Below the pieces are notes generated by a model. That model was not told the DNA's origin and made no database searches. It worked only from the letters and a program-made list of their open reading frames with translations. Both the position numbers and the translations under genes were made by a program. From Chrysemys picta bellii (lineage: Eukaryota), in assembly GCF_011386835.1 (NCBI RefSeq), contig NC_088791.1, positions 123,256,001 to 123,320,000 on the forward strand: a DNA stretch of 64,000 nt. The letters run 5' to 3'. The number at the start of each line of letters is the position of its first letter. Positions within the stretch are counted from its first letter, which is position 1. Of this stretch, positions 23,064 through 35,663 are shown one piece after another.

Positions 23064-24461
23064 GGCACATGAGGACAGCATCCCAATAAATCCTTTTTGG
23101 AAATAAGATTCTCCATTGACTACCTAGATCAGGGATACTCAACCTCTGGCTCAGCCTAGAATAACCTTTATTTTATAGATCCATAAACCATCCTTAATGA
23201 CTCATACATAGCACCTCCTATCAATTAAAATGCAAAATTGGTATGAATTAAAATGTTCTCCTACATTGCTGCTTTGGCAATCCCGTCAGTTAAGTGTAGG
23301 CCTCACTCGCTATTTAGGAGTGAGATGCATTACAACATTATTGAGTAGGGATTGCAGCACTGGGTGGGACATCAGTGAAGCGAAAGGTGTATTATACACA
23401 TGATTTGCTGATATCAATTAACTAGGTTATGAAAAAAACACTGCTATCTTGACACAGTTTTTGATCACAGCCAAAATGTATATGTGGGACATGCAATGCA
23501 TTTACTAGATGTGCTTGCCACATGCTTCATTCACATTCTATAGATTATCTCTTCTATTTCTTTGTGTTTATTCATAAGACTGGAAACAAAAAGAAAAACC
23601 GCCCCTTTTCAGTCATGCCAGAAAGATGACATTTTACAATAAGATGCCAAATTTCCAGTCACGGACAATTCTCAGTTCATTCATCTTTATAAGTTTTTCT
23701 TTTCTTTTGAAATGCCATAATGCTGATCAAAGGAAAATGGATAGTTTTTCTGGGTTGTGTAAACACTATTGGAGCAAGATTTATTTACTATATTTATTGC
23801 TCTTTGTAATTCATTAATTGGCTTATGAGGCCAAAGTCCTCCTGGGAGTGTCACAAATCCACATATTGGGCCAGTCCTCAGCTGCTGGACGTTGGTATAG
23901 GGACATTGAAGTCAATTAACTTATGCTGATTTACACTCGCTGAGGATTTAGCCCAATGTTTCAGAGCACTAGAGCCTGCATTTGCTTCTCTGATTTACCA
24001 AACAGATATGAAGAAATATGTATAGCCTAGCCATATGACTCCCTAGTGACTGCACAGCTGCATATGCTTCAGAAAAAGTTATTACCAATAAAGTTTGCAT
24101 TAGCTTAGGTTTAAAAATGTTCCCCCCAGATCTGCTTGCACATGCTGGTAACATACCACTTTAATATTGTTTTGTGCTGTGTCTACTCGTTTTTATCAAA
24201 CTACACTGGAGATGTATTTCTTTGTCAAGTGGGAACATAAAAGCAGATACTCAGTTAAGATGCAGAATACCTACAAATAAATAAATGATGTTACCCACCC
24301 ACTGAACACGCACGCACAAATTTCAGAGCTCCACAGTGCAGCTCATTTCATGTGTGTGTCCCTTAAAGAGAACATGCTTATAAGACTAGCATTGTTTTAT
24401 TGTGGTAGCATCCAACTGCTGCAATCAAGATTGATTAATAGATTATTAGGTAAGAAGGAAC

Positions 24462-24700
24462 CATTGTGATCAGCTGGTCCCCATAGACCTTCCCCCAAAC
24501 AATTCCTGTTTGAAGTGAAGTAAAGTAGATCTTTTAGAAAAAATAGCCAATCTTGATTTTAAAATCATCAGTGATAGAGAAGCCACCATGACCCTGGGTA
24601 AGTTGTTCCATTGGTTAATTAACCTCACTGTTAAAAAATTGTGCCTCATTTCCAGTCCACATTTGTGTAGCTTCAACATCCAGCCTGTTAGGCAATACAT
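24462..24700 (-). mobile_element. CR1 3' fragment
   Basis: Minus-strand translation HNFLTVRLINQWNNLPRVMVASLSLMILKSRL. Confidence 0.8.
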
Positions 24701-24818
24701 ATATGATAGGTATAGTGTACACCATGTAAAAAGGTATTATGTGCCTCTATTTATACAATCTACATTATATATGTATGTTAGGAAGTTATGTTAACAATGT
24801 ACAATGCTCTTCCAACAG

Positions 24819-25698
24819 TTCTGTTCTCCCATGTCCAGTATTCCACAACCCTTTGCAAAGTCAAAGTCAGCTATGGCATTAGAAAATAGGAAACTTGTCA
24901 AAGCAAAGATGAATGAATACTTTGTATGAAGTACAATTAGGGAGTATTCAAAATGAGATAAGGCAAAGTATAGGGAGGTGCCTTCATGGACCAATACCTG
25001 GAGTGCTAGTATCCAAAACAAAGATAGGGTACAGAACAGCAAATTAAGGCACTGGTATGACTTGGTGGGTTGGATTTTAGTCACATATAGAAAGTTTTGT
25101 AACGTATTTTTGAAGCACACATCTGTATATGTTGAACGTGCTGTGGGAATTTGGTTCCCAGAAGGAGGGTATGTATGTTTCCTTTTTGTATGGCATTGTT
25201 TGTCTTCAGACAATACATTTGGCTAAAGTCAGTTATTTGGTCTTTCGGCCATTTTTAAGAATGAACCGTGACTGTCGTCAAATGATTGGCTACACCTTTT
25301 AATCAACTTTGGATTTTGTTACTGGGGGCTCCATTGTATTAAGTACTCCTAGTACATAGTCCCTGCCTCAAAGATCTTACAATGTAATTTGGAACAGAAC
25401 CTAAGTAGCTATAACATGCAATGGTGCAGGAAGGCTGAGAGAGGATAAGGGCAGCGTAATGAGATTGCAGGGTGATTTAGGTTAGCTGTTGTGTAACCTG
25501 ATGCTTCCAAACTATTTGAAAATGTTATTTTTAGAATTTATAAATGACTAATACCTCTTCTTTCTGCCTGTCCAATAATCTAGACAATCTGTTAGAAGAG
25601 ATCCTTCATATGCAGATTATGAGTATGATGGATGTTCAGTTCATTGTGGAAATTAATTCCCAGAGAATCTTTAATGTGCAAAGTATTGATGCAATAAA
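24819..25698 (+). pseudogene. Possible decayed two-exon 3' end of an unidentified gene (24819-25168 and 25584-25656)
   Basis: CAG acceptor, AGG|GTATGT donor at 25168/25169, TAG acceptor at 25581-25583 with matching phase, stop TAA at 25654-25656 and AATAAA at 25693. Two in-frame TGA at 24927 and 24954. No homolog recognised. Confidence 0.25.
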
Positions 25699-26129
25699 AA
25701 TGTCTTGTGTATTAGTTTTATATAGGACTCTCTAATCCATGGTCTCTTGACTATAGAGGCAGACTGAAATGGCCCTGTTTAGCATAGCTATTATTTAGAG
25801 ACAATTAGTTTTTGCTAGAAAGAGTCTTCTGCATCCCTGATGGAACAGTCCATTTTCCTCATTTTAACTCCATCCAACTTCCATTCTGAAGGCTCTACAC
25901 TGATCATCCTTAAGTTAGCTAGAGAGAAATGGACAGAACTCTCTTTTCAGCCTGTAACACCCCACTGTAATCTGTCAGATGAGTCTCCTAGGGCTAAGTG
26001 TGCTGCCACTGCAGCATTCCCTACCAGTCCCTACCAGTACATGAAGAAGAACCAGGAGAGGTAATTCCTGGGTCTCCTGCATGCCCGTGCAAGGTGCTAC
26101 CAATAGGTAACAACACAATGGATTGTAGC

Positions 26130-26670
26130 TGCTCTCTTGTACCGTGGTATTAAGGGCACTGCTCACATAACACCACCTCACCGACATGTCCAATGTCTGC
26201 CACTGCCTGATTAGCACCTGCTGTGAAATCCTCATCCATGGCTTCCTTATCTCTTTCTTGGGCTATTAAAACAAGTCCCAGCTCTCCAGTCTCCAATATG
26301 TGCAGAATATTCTCTCCAACTTCTCACATGTACAAAGAAGCACAGCTGAATCACCTGTATCCACCTGACACCTGCCCTAGCTGAGAAGTCATTTCCGGGT
26401 GCAGTTAAAAATGGCAAGGTACTCACTCCAACCTGACATCGTGGACCTTCTCTCTTTCTACTCCCATCCTAGCACAATTGCTCCCACAGCACCCTATCAA
26501 TCTCTGTGCAGGGCTGCCACAGGATTCTCCAAGATGAGGGCCTTTCTTGGGTCCGTAATCAAGGGAAGAATTTCACAAGTGGTTGCACAGAACTCCTATC
26601 AAGGTCACTGGGAACTGCCCACATCTGAGGGGTGGCAGAATTTGGCACACAGCTCCCTTTAAAAAAAAAA
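26130..26670 (+). mobile_element. L2-like LINE 3' fragment ending in an A-run
   Basis: CTCATCCATGGCTTCCTTATCTCT...CTCCAATATGTGCAGAAT...CACCTGTATCC resembles the L2 3' ORF2 end. A-run at 26661-26670. Confidence 0.5.
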
Positions 26671-26697
26671 GTGTATAAAATGCTTTGATTCTACTAG

Positions 26698-26780
26698 CTT
26701 CATAGATTCCAAGGCCAGAAGGGACCATTGTGATCATCTAGTCTGACCTCCTGCATAACACAGGCCTTTGAACTTCACCT
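26698..26780 (-). mobile_element. Very short CR1 3' end
   Basis: TCATAGATTCCAAGGCCAGAAGGGACCATTGTGATCATCTAGTCTGACCTCCTGCATAACAC. Confidence 0.7.
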
Positions 26781-27959
26781 GATAACGTCTTCATTTTATT
26801 CTATTGTCATGAAAGATCAGCTCTTCAGTATTGAAGGAGACAGGATGCTGTCTTCACCTGTGAAATGCCAAGAGCTGCTGACAGAACTGCATTAATATCA
26901 GGCACTCTGATGCTTCCAAAGAAAAAATGAAGTCCAGGATTTAAAAAAAAAAAAAAGCCCTGAAACTAACAGAGGGAGGATATGAGGTCTGAGCAGAATG
27001 AAAATCCAGCCTACCTCCCTTTTTGAAGTGCTGCTGTTATGTTGAGGATTGAATGAGATGAATTTCTGAAACGGTCTAGAACATATTTTGACAGCTCATG
27101 TCTTTAGAGGGCCTGCGTCAGTCTTCCAGCGCTCCTTTGATGTATGTCGCCTCGTTAACACAGATGGGATGGGCCACATAATTTTTCTGAAAAGCGAGAG
27201 TGCAGCTTGCATTAATATTCCGCGATATGTAAAACAAGACATGTTTAATTTAAAAGTAAGACTACATCTATAATGCAACTAGGGTAGCTGACAGCCCAAA
27301 CTGATTATCATTGCTACCAGGGATTGCCTCGGCTGAGAGATGATACAGTACATGAAAGGTCTAGGATTTTAAGGACTATCTTTTATATCGTCATGGGAAA
27401 TTTTAGTCCAGATTTTGTTTGGAGGTATTGAAGTGTCCGCTAAGGCTGGCTGTGGTTGGTTCTTCTTTTTTACTTTGGTTTAACTTGCTTTATATTGCAT
27501 TTTATAACAAATACAATAGCAGCAGATTATTATAATACCAAATAAGATACTGTATTATAGCATATTTTAGGGGACAGTGTGTAGTCTGATGGTTGGAAGA
27601 CTAGCAATCAAGACTCCTTGGCTTTATTCCTGGTTCTTAATTGGCCTGGGTAAGTTATTTACCTTTCCTATGGTCCAATTTCCCCGTCTGTGACATGGGG
27701 ATAATAACAGTTCCCTTTCTTTATAAAATATTATGAGACTCATAAATGAAAGGCATTATGTGAGTGCTAAACTGTGGTTAAGCAATAGCATAGTGTGATG
27801 CTTAATTAGCACTGTGAGATCCTTGGATGAAAGCTGCTATAGAAATTTAGGGCAAATCTAAGTGCACAGTCTGAGTAGCAGGACTGAGCTGTTTTTTCTT
27901 TTCCATGGGGGGCATGGGGTAAGAAAAGGGATCTTCCCTTCTCCCCCACCTCAGGCTGC

Positions 27960-28625
27960 AGAGTCCTGAGGCAACAGGCCCACCGACAGCAATTCCAGGC
28001 CCCAGGGCAGAACAGTCAATGGGCCCCCACACACGCACAAGCCATACCCGTGCGCCCACGGTCCACCTGACATTTGGGCGGCGCTGCACCTGCGCTGGCT
28101 GGTGCCCAACGAGCTGCTGGCTGTGCTGCTGGGTGCGCTCTTCCGGCACAGCCAGGGTTGCCAACTGTCTAATCGCGCAAACCCAAAGATGCTTGCCCCA
28201 CTCCCTGCCCCACCCCTTCCCTGAGCCCCCTCCCCTGCTCACTCCATCCCCCCTCCCCTGCTCGTTCTCCCCAACCCTCAATCACTTTCACCAGGATGGG
28301 GCAGAGGGTTGGGGTATGAAAGGGGGTGAGGGGTGCAGGCTCTGGGAGGGAGTTTGGATGCAGGAGGGGATGCGGGGTCGGGCTCTGGGAGGGAGTTTGG
28401 GAGCGGGAGGGGGTGCAGGCTCTGGGAGGGAGTTTGGGTGCAGGAAGGGGTGGGGGTCAGCTGGGCCAGCTCTAACTTTTTTGCCGCCCCAGGAGCCGGC
28501 CACTTCCAGGAGCGTCGCGGAGTGAGGGCGGGCAGGAAGCCTGCAATAGCTCTGCTGTGCTGGTCCCGGGCCCCATGGCAATTGTCCCCTTTGCCCCTCC
28601 TCCTCCCTCCCCCGGCAGGCCTGTG
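27960..28625. mobile_element. GC-rich composite of non-autonomous hAT-like elements
   Basis: AGGGTTGCCAAC TIR-like motif at about 28154, plus tandem GGGTGCAGG/CTCTGGGAGGGAGTTTGG units shared with the 29800 element. Explains the spurious ORFs here. Confidence 0.55.
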
Positions 28626-29799
28626 AGGCAGTAATATTAGATCCTGTGGATGCCCCAGTTCTGCTCTTCAATGGCTGGCAGCTAGTGGATCCGTATAGCA
28701 GCAGATCCAAGATGTTCTTCAGGGCCTTTTCTTCCTTTCCCCCACCCTGAAATACACTCCTGTTACCTTCCCCAATTGTGATTAAACCACACGGGAGTGC
28801 ATCAGTGCACAGTGCCCCCTCTGGCCACACATGGCACAGCCCCTGGGCTCACCTAGCCTACCAGGGCTGTCAGTCTAATCCCGATGCCCAGGAATCTGAA
28901 AAGCCTTTCTTCAGTTCCAAGTCCGCCAGGGAGTTGGTTGGGGAACTCAGGCCTGCTCACCCCACGGTTCCAGCACAGAGTCCTTAAGTTAGAGAAGCAA
29001 AATCCGGGTTCTTCAACTCTGACAGTGCTCTGAGCTCCTTCCTACTGTCCCCTGGATCTCTGCAGCCGGTCAGTCAGTTCATCCCCTCCTGGGCTGTTGT
29101 CTCTGGGCAGCTCTTTAGTAGTTTGCTGGCAGGAGCTCCTTTCTCTAGCCTGCTCACTCCTCTAGTAGCCAGCCCGCCTCCCTCCTTCCCAGCCCTTTTA
29201 TCCTCCCAGCTGCTGTGAGGCTTCCAATCAGCAGTGACCAGCAGTGACTGTATTAACTCGTCGGTTTCTGGGCCAGTGTGGACTATTTACACCCCATGAC
29301 ATACACCGTTAAGCCACTGCTCCAGCTGGCATAGTTCAGCATAACTGGCAGTCTTTGTTCAGATGAGGTGAGGAGTTAGCAGCGGTGTTGCGAGTCGGAT
29401 TGTGGTGGCTGAGTGACATGTAAGATGGTTTGCACAGATCCTATGGGTCAAATTCTGATCTAAATCATACTGACTTCGGCAGATACTTTGGCTTTATGCC
29501 AGTGTATCTGAGATCAAAATTTCGCCCAAAGTCTGCCTCTGGACAGTGCCTCTGTAACATAATTTTCAGACCTGCTGAGCGCCCACAGTTCCCATGTGGC
29601 GCTATGGTTGCTTGGTGCCTCTGAAAATCAGGCCATTCATTTTTCATTTTCATAAACATTAATCAGGAAAGAGAGGTTGTGTGCTAAAGCAATGTTTGCC
29701 AAGATAGGCTAGATTTCCTTTGTAAAAGCTCCTATGGCATCTGAGTATGCCCCTGTGTATGGCAAGCTGCATTTAGAAGTACATCAAAGGAGGTTGGGG

Positions 29800-30670
29800 C
29801 AGGGCCGGATTAACGCAGGGGCTTTAGGGGCTGCAGTCCTGGGCCTCGGACTAAGGGGGTCCCCACAAAAATGAATCCATAATTATATAAAATTCAGTGG
29901 TCACCAACCCATTGATAGTGATCAACTGGTCGATCCTGGAGCCTCTCCCAGTCGATTGCACTCTCCAGGCCACTAAAAGTCAAGCAGCGCAGCAGGGCTC
30001 AGGCAGGCTGCCTGCATGCTGTGGCCCCACGCCGCTCCCAGAAGCGGCCAACTTCTCTGCGGTCCCTGGTGGGTGGGTGGCAGCTCTGCGCACTGCCCCT
30101 GCCCCCAGCACAATCCCCGGCCAATGGGAGCTGCGGGGGCAATGCTTGCGGGCACGGGCAGTGCACGGAGACCATGGCCATGGCATGCAGGCAGCCTGCC
30201 TGAGACCTGCTGTGCTGCTGGCTGGGAGCCACCTGTGGTAAGTGCCTCCCGGCCAGAGCCTGCACCCACTGATGCACCCCAACCATCTGCCTCAGGTCAG
30301 AATCCCCTTCTGCACCAAACTCCCTCCCAGAGCTCGTACCCCTCACCCTCTCCTGCATCCCAACACTCTGCCACAGTCTAGCGCTCCCTCCTGCACCCAA
30401 ACTCCATCCCAGAAAGAAACTAACATAACAGCTGTTCTAAGGTAAGAAGTAAGCTATTTTGAATTAACTTAACTATATTCTACATGTTTTAAGACTGAAA
30501 TGTAACCACAGAATGGCTTTGTGTTAATTAAAAGGCAAGTTTAGTATAGCGTTAATAGCCTCAATGCCACAATTGTGATTGTTTTGTTTTAAATTAGGAA
30601 AAAGACTTGTATACAGGGGCCCCACAAAATCTAATAGCCTCGGGCCCACACGAGAGTTAATCTGGCCAGG
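29800..30670. mobile_element. hAT non-autonomous element with a second hAT-like insertion nested from about 29895
   Basis: Outer TIRs CAGGGCCGGATTAAC / GTTAATCTGGCCAGG. Degenerate 8-bp flanks GGTTGGGG / GGTGGAAG. Inner CAGTGGTCACCAACC start. Confidence 0.6.
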
Positions 30671-31344
30671 GGTGGAAGTGGTGTTGGAAGAGTAATTTTA
30701 AAGTTAATTTAAACTTCTTGTTGAATTCATTCTCCGGATCGTTGAATGAGAGGAGTGTTTTTCATCTTCACGGTCACTGAGCCATCAGATATTGTGCAGC
30801 CAGAGAGGTGGTGATTCAGGCTGGAGGCAAAACGTGAAGTTTTCTGAGATGTGAGATGCTGCTATGCGTTGTTGATTGTATTATTTTATTAATTTACTTA
30901 TGTTCTTGGTTGTACTGGCTGCAGGGTATGTGGCTAGTTATTACATATACCCCCTTTCCCTGCCTCTCTTGGATTATATGCCATTGCAGGAAATAAATTT
31001 CCATGAATTCAGTTTAATTTTAAGAAAAATTGTTTCAAGCTCCAGAGCTTATGTATTCTTTTTTTATTATTATTATTTTCTAACAAAGGTACTATTGCTT
31101 CCAAGTATATGACTAAAAATAAATGCAGGGCTTAGAATGTAACTGAGCATAAGCCAATTTTCCTAAACCAGTACAGAACAAACCAAGCCGAGGTCATGTT
31201 AACATGAGCCCAATTTAGTAAGGGGGAAAAATACACCCAGCTCCTGCAAAAACATAGAAACGGATTTATTTTAAAGAGCAAAAGGCTCAAATGCTCCCAA
31301 GTACTCTGTGCATGTTTCCATGTATATTTGTAATGATTAAGGGT

Positions 31345-31900
31345 ATAGAACAGCTTCAATATGAGGAGTGATTAAAAATACTGGGTCTGTTCAGCTTGGA
31401 AAAGAGATGACTAAGGGGGATATGATAGAGGTCTATAAAATCATTAATTATGTGGAGAAAGTGAATAAGGAAGTGTTATTTACCCCTTCACATAACACAA
31501 GAACTAGGGGTCACCCAATGAAATGAATAGACAGCAGGTTCAAAACCAACATAAGGAAGTATTTCTTCACACACTGCACAGTCAACCTTTGGAACTTGTT
31601 GCCAGGGGATGTTGTGAAGGCCAAAATTATAATTGGGTTCAAAAAGGAATTAGATAAATTCATGGAGCTTAGGTCCATCAATGGCTATCAGCCAAGATGG
31701 TCAGGGATGCAATCCCACATTCTACATGTCCCTAAGCCTCTGACTGCCGATTCTGGGACTGGATGACAGGGGATGGATCACTTGATAATTGCCCCGTTCT
31801 GTTCATTCCCTTTGAAGCATCTGGCATTGGCCACAGTTGGAAGAGAAGATATTGGGCTAGATGGACCATTGGTTTGACCTAGTATGCCCATTCTTATGTC
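31345..31900 (+). mobile_element. CR1 LINE 3' end (turtle PsCR1-like)
   Basis: TTCAGCTTGGAAAAGAGATGACTAAGGGGGATATGATAGAGGTCTATAAAATC ... ends CCCATTCTTATGTC. Confidence 0.88.
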
Positions 31901-32391
31901 TTTAATTGCAAATTTTAAATGTATTGTAAATGGCAGGTTGTAAATATAGGAATCATTTTATCATAAGAAACAATCAACAAAAGTGTCTTCTGCAAAACCA
32001 AGACACACACTTCTTGTATAAGATATTAGTCTGTTATAGACGTGATCTTTATCTCAAGAAAACAAACTTTGTAAGGTATGTTTTTCAGAAAAGACCTGTC
32101 TGGGTAAAAGAATGTGAGGATGCTCTTTATTCCAAAGAGAGTGATGCTTAAGATGTGATGTGAAATATATCAAACAAATTCAAAGAGGGCCTATTTACTC
32201 GATCTCTTTGCCAACAAAATAATCTTTAATTTTTAACTCTCACAAAGAATTTTAGAAATATCCTCAGTGAAACTTATTTCTTTTACAAACTCTCTAAGGT
32301 CTTTGTTCTTCAAGGAAAACATTTATGGTTGGAAAATCTTTTACAGAAGATATTGGTTACTTCTGACTTACATTTCCTCATGAAAACCTTT

Positions 32392-34630
32392 AATAGATTC
32401 ATAGATTATAAAGCCAGAGAGGATTATTGTGGTCATCTAGTCTGACCTCTTGTACAACACACCGGAAAATTTCCATGTATTGTAAAATTTCCTGCTAATG
32501 GTCCAATGGGCATTTGTGATCACAGCATGTCCTTTAGAAAAAACAACCACTATTGATTTTAAAATGTCCATTGAGGGAGAATCCTACCACAGTCCTTGGT
32601 ACATTGTTCCAATGATTAATTACCCTCACTGTTAAAAACGTGCACCATATTTTTAGTCTGAATTTGTCTATTTTTAGATTCCAGACATTAGGTCTCGTTA
32701 TACTTTTTTCCAGATTGAAAAGACCTCTATTATCAAATTTCTGTTCCCCATGAAGGTACTGTGATCAGGTCACATCTTAACCTTCTCTTTGTTAAACTAA
32801 CTAGATTGAGCTCTTTGAATCTTTCACTGTTTTCCAATCCTTTAATCATTCTTGTGGCTCTTCTTTGAGCCATCTCCAATTTTTCAACATCCTTCTTGAC
32901 ACAATATTCCAGTAGTGGTCATGCCAGTGCCAGTACTCCTACTCATGATTCCCCTGTTTACACATCCAAGGATCGCATTAGCTCTTTTAGCCACAGCATT
33001 GCATTGGGAGCTCATGTAACGCTACTTGTCCACCATTACACCCAAGTCTTTTTCAGAGAGAATGCTTCATAAGTTAGAGTTCCTCATTGTGTAAGTATAG
33101 CCTATATTCTTTGTTCCTATATGTCTGACCTTACATTTGGCCATACTAAAATGCATATTATTTGCCTGTGGCCCACTTAGAAAGCAATCCAGATAGCTCT
33201 GTATCACTGATCTGTCCTATTCACTATTTATCACTATCCCAATATTTGTGTCATCTGCGAACTTTATCAGTGATGTTTTTATTTGCTTCAACTCACTGAT
33301 AAAAATATAAAAAAGTATAGGGCCAAGAACCAGTCTTTGTAGGACCCCGCTAGAAACAAACCCACTGATGATTCCTCATTTACAATTACATTTTGAGACC
33401 TACCAGCCAGTTTTTAATCCATTCAATGTGCACAATATTGATTTTGTATCATTCCAGTTTATTAAAGATGTCTTGAAGTACCAAGTCAAATGTCTTAGAT
33501 TTCTATAAATATATTACATCAATACTTCTACCTTTATCTACCAAACTTGTAATCTCGACAAAAAAAATATCAAGTTAGTTTGACAAGACCTATTTTCCAT
33601 GAACCACTGTTGAGTGGCATTAATTATATCACTCTTCTTTAATTCTGCATTAATCAAGCCTTTATTAACCATTCCATTATTTTGTCCAGGATTGACATCG
33701 GTTGACAGGCCCACAGTTACCCAGCCAGGTCATCCTGTTTATTCTTTAAAAATATTGGCACAACATTAACTTTCTTCCAGTCCTCTGGAACTTCCCCAGT
33801 GTGCCAAGACTTTACTGAAAATCAACATTAACAATCCAGCACCTTAATCAGCTCTTTTACAATTTTTGGATGCAAGTTAGCTGGACCTGCTGATTTTAAA
33901 ACATCTGATTTTGATAGCTGATGTGTAACAATATCCATAGTTACTGTTGGAATGGAAAATATACCATCATTGTATTATATGACTACATTTGCTTTTTTCC
34001 CTAAATACAGAACAGAAATATTTATTAACCATTTCTGCCTTTTCTGCATTATTATTGACAGTTCTACCATGTTTATCTAGTAATGAACCACTTTTGTTCT
34101 TGATATACTTAAAATCCCTCCTTGTTATTATCTTTAATTTTGCTAGCCATAGATTTCACTTTGTGTCTTTTTGCTTCCCTTATCAATTTTCTATCCTTCA
34201 TATCTTCTAATTTATATTAACTGCTATCAACTTCCCCCAATCATTATACTATATTGGCATTATACTAATTGAAGCTTTTTAATTTTTTTATAGCTGCTTT
34301 CACTTCCCCTCTAAGTCAGGCTGTTTTTTAACTAGCATAGTCTTCTTTCTCTACTGTAGCTTTTTGGGCATCTAGTAAAATGGATTGTGGTTTTGTGAGC
34401 ATCTTGTAAGGTGTTCTTAAGCAGTTTCCAGTTATCATTCACATTTTTTTCTGTTTAAATCCTTTCTTCTAGCTGATTTGGCATATAATTGTTTTCAACT
34501 TTGTGAAATTGGCCTTTTTAAACCACCAAATATATATATTACAGATTTAGACTTTATTCTGTTTGCACATATTAAATGTAATCAAGACATGATCACTTGC
34601 ATCTGATCTACCACTAATTTTTAGTTCAGA
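32392..34630 (-). mobile_element. Old 5'-truncated CR1 LINE (about 2.2 kb, disrupted ORF2)
   Basis: CR1 tail (ATAGATTCATAGATT...CATCTAGTCTGACCTC) followed by continuous antisense RT-like and endonuclease-like sequence with many stops. Confidence 0.82.
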
Positions 34631-34631
34631 T

Positions 34632-34788
34632 ATCAATTCCTCTTGCTGCACCCGCTGGGGCATGGATCCCAAACGCCCCGCACCTGCCGGACTCGCCCCG
34701 CGCCCACCGCAGCCGCCGGGGCCAGATTTGCCCCGCGTTATAACTGAATTCGAGTTATCGCGGGGTGCGTTATAGCGGGGTTCCACTG
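34632..34788. mobile_element. One end of a Tc1/mariner (pogo/Tigger-like) MITE
   Basis: Ends GCGTTATAGCGGGGTTCCACTG followed by TA (34789-34790), with repeated GCGTTATA subterminal motifs. The other end is missing. Confidence 0.6.
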
Positions 34789-34790
34789 TA

Positions 34791-35133
34791 TATCATTAAT
34801 GCATATGAAGTTATGAGACTTGTGAAGTATGGTTGTGACTAAAACATGCTGTAGGTTGGGGGAATCAGCCAGATATTAGCCCTCCAGAGGCACCAGCAAG
34901 GAGAGTAACCAATGCCTGGGTGGGGTGTCAAACAACCCATCAACAGCCATTGTCCAGCAAGGGAGCTACAATGCAATGACTCACCTGTATGAGGCCACAC
35001 CAGGGGAATTGCTCAGCCTTGCTTGGAGAGACTCAGCAATGCCCCACAGACATGCCTAGGCGTGTGTTCTACAAGCACATGGACTGAGGGTATAGAACGG
35101 ATAGAGTGGACACATACTCCCCCCCCCCCCCCC
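34791..35133 (+). mobile_element. Older LTR, left part (host of the Gypsy insertion)
   Basis: Continues seamlessly as 39120-39732 once the Gypsy element is removed. TATA-like TATAGAA at 35091. Confidence 0.6.
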
Positions 35134-35597
35134 CGTCACGGAGTATTGGGGAACTCAGGGCCCTGCACCCCCGGCTTCCTGCAATTCACCATGACTCTCA
35201 GCCAGCCAGTAAAGCAGAAGGTTTATTTGGATGACAGGAATACAGTCCAAGACAGGTCTTGCAGGCACAGACAACAGGGCCCCCCCCCGCTCAGTTAGGT
35301 CCAGCTTGGGGTCCCAGGGCATCCCAGCCCCCCGCTTTGGGAGGTCAGAGCCATCTCTGCCTCCCAGCCATCTCTCCAGCCCGCTTCCAACCCTCTCCTT
35401 CAGCGACCCCTCCCACAGCCTTTGTTCAGTTTCCCGGGCCAAGGTGTCACCTGGCCTCCACCCCTTCCTGGGTTCTCATGGTACACGCTCAGGTATTCTC
35501 CTTCGGGCCGTCTCCCATCCACCAATGCAGACTATCCTAGCCACACTCCCCTGTCAGCATTCACAGACCACAGTAAGAACAGTCCCAGTTCGTCACA
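35134..35597 (-). repeat. 3' LTR (464 bp)
   Basis: Differs from the 5' LTR by 7 substitutions and 3 small indels (counted by hand). The terminal TG reads CG. Confidence 0.95.
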
Positions 35598-35610
35598 TCT
35601 CTCCCCCCTT
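35598..35610 (-). promoter_or_regulatory. Polypurine tract
   Basis: AAGGGGGGAGAGA immediately precedes the 3' LTR on the minus strand. Confidence 0.9.
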
Positions 35611-35663
35611 CGAGACCGAACTGAGCGGGGTCACTTCAGCCAGTGACCTGGGGAAGTTCGAAC

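Noticed and set aside
24791-25213. 140-aa minus-strand ORF
   Set aside because: No homology recognised and no splice or promoter context. It is noted only as overlapping the + strand candidate exon.
27847-30445. Many overlapping 100-180 aa ORFs
   Set aside because: They come from GC-rich hAT-type non-autonomous repeats with tandem GGGTGCAGG units and show no transposase motifs.
30876-31112. Hydrophobic ORF as a possible SMCO2 transmembrane exon
   Set aside because: TTG start in very AT-rich DNA, which biases translation to F/L/I/Y. No convincing splice sites or SMCO2-like C-terminal motif.
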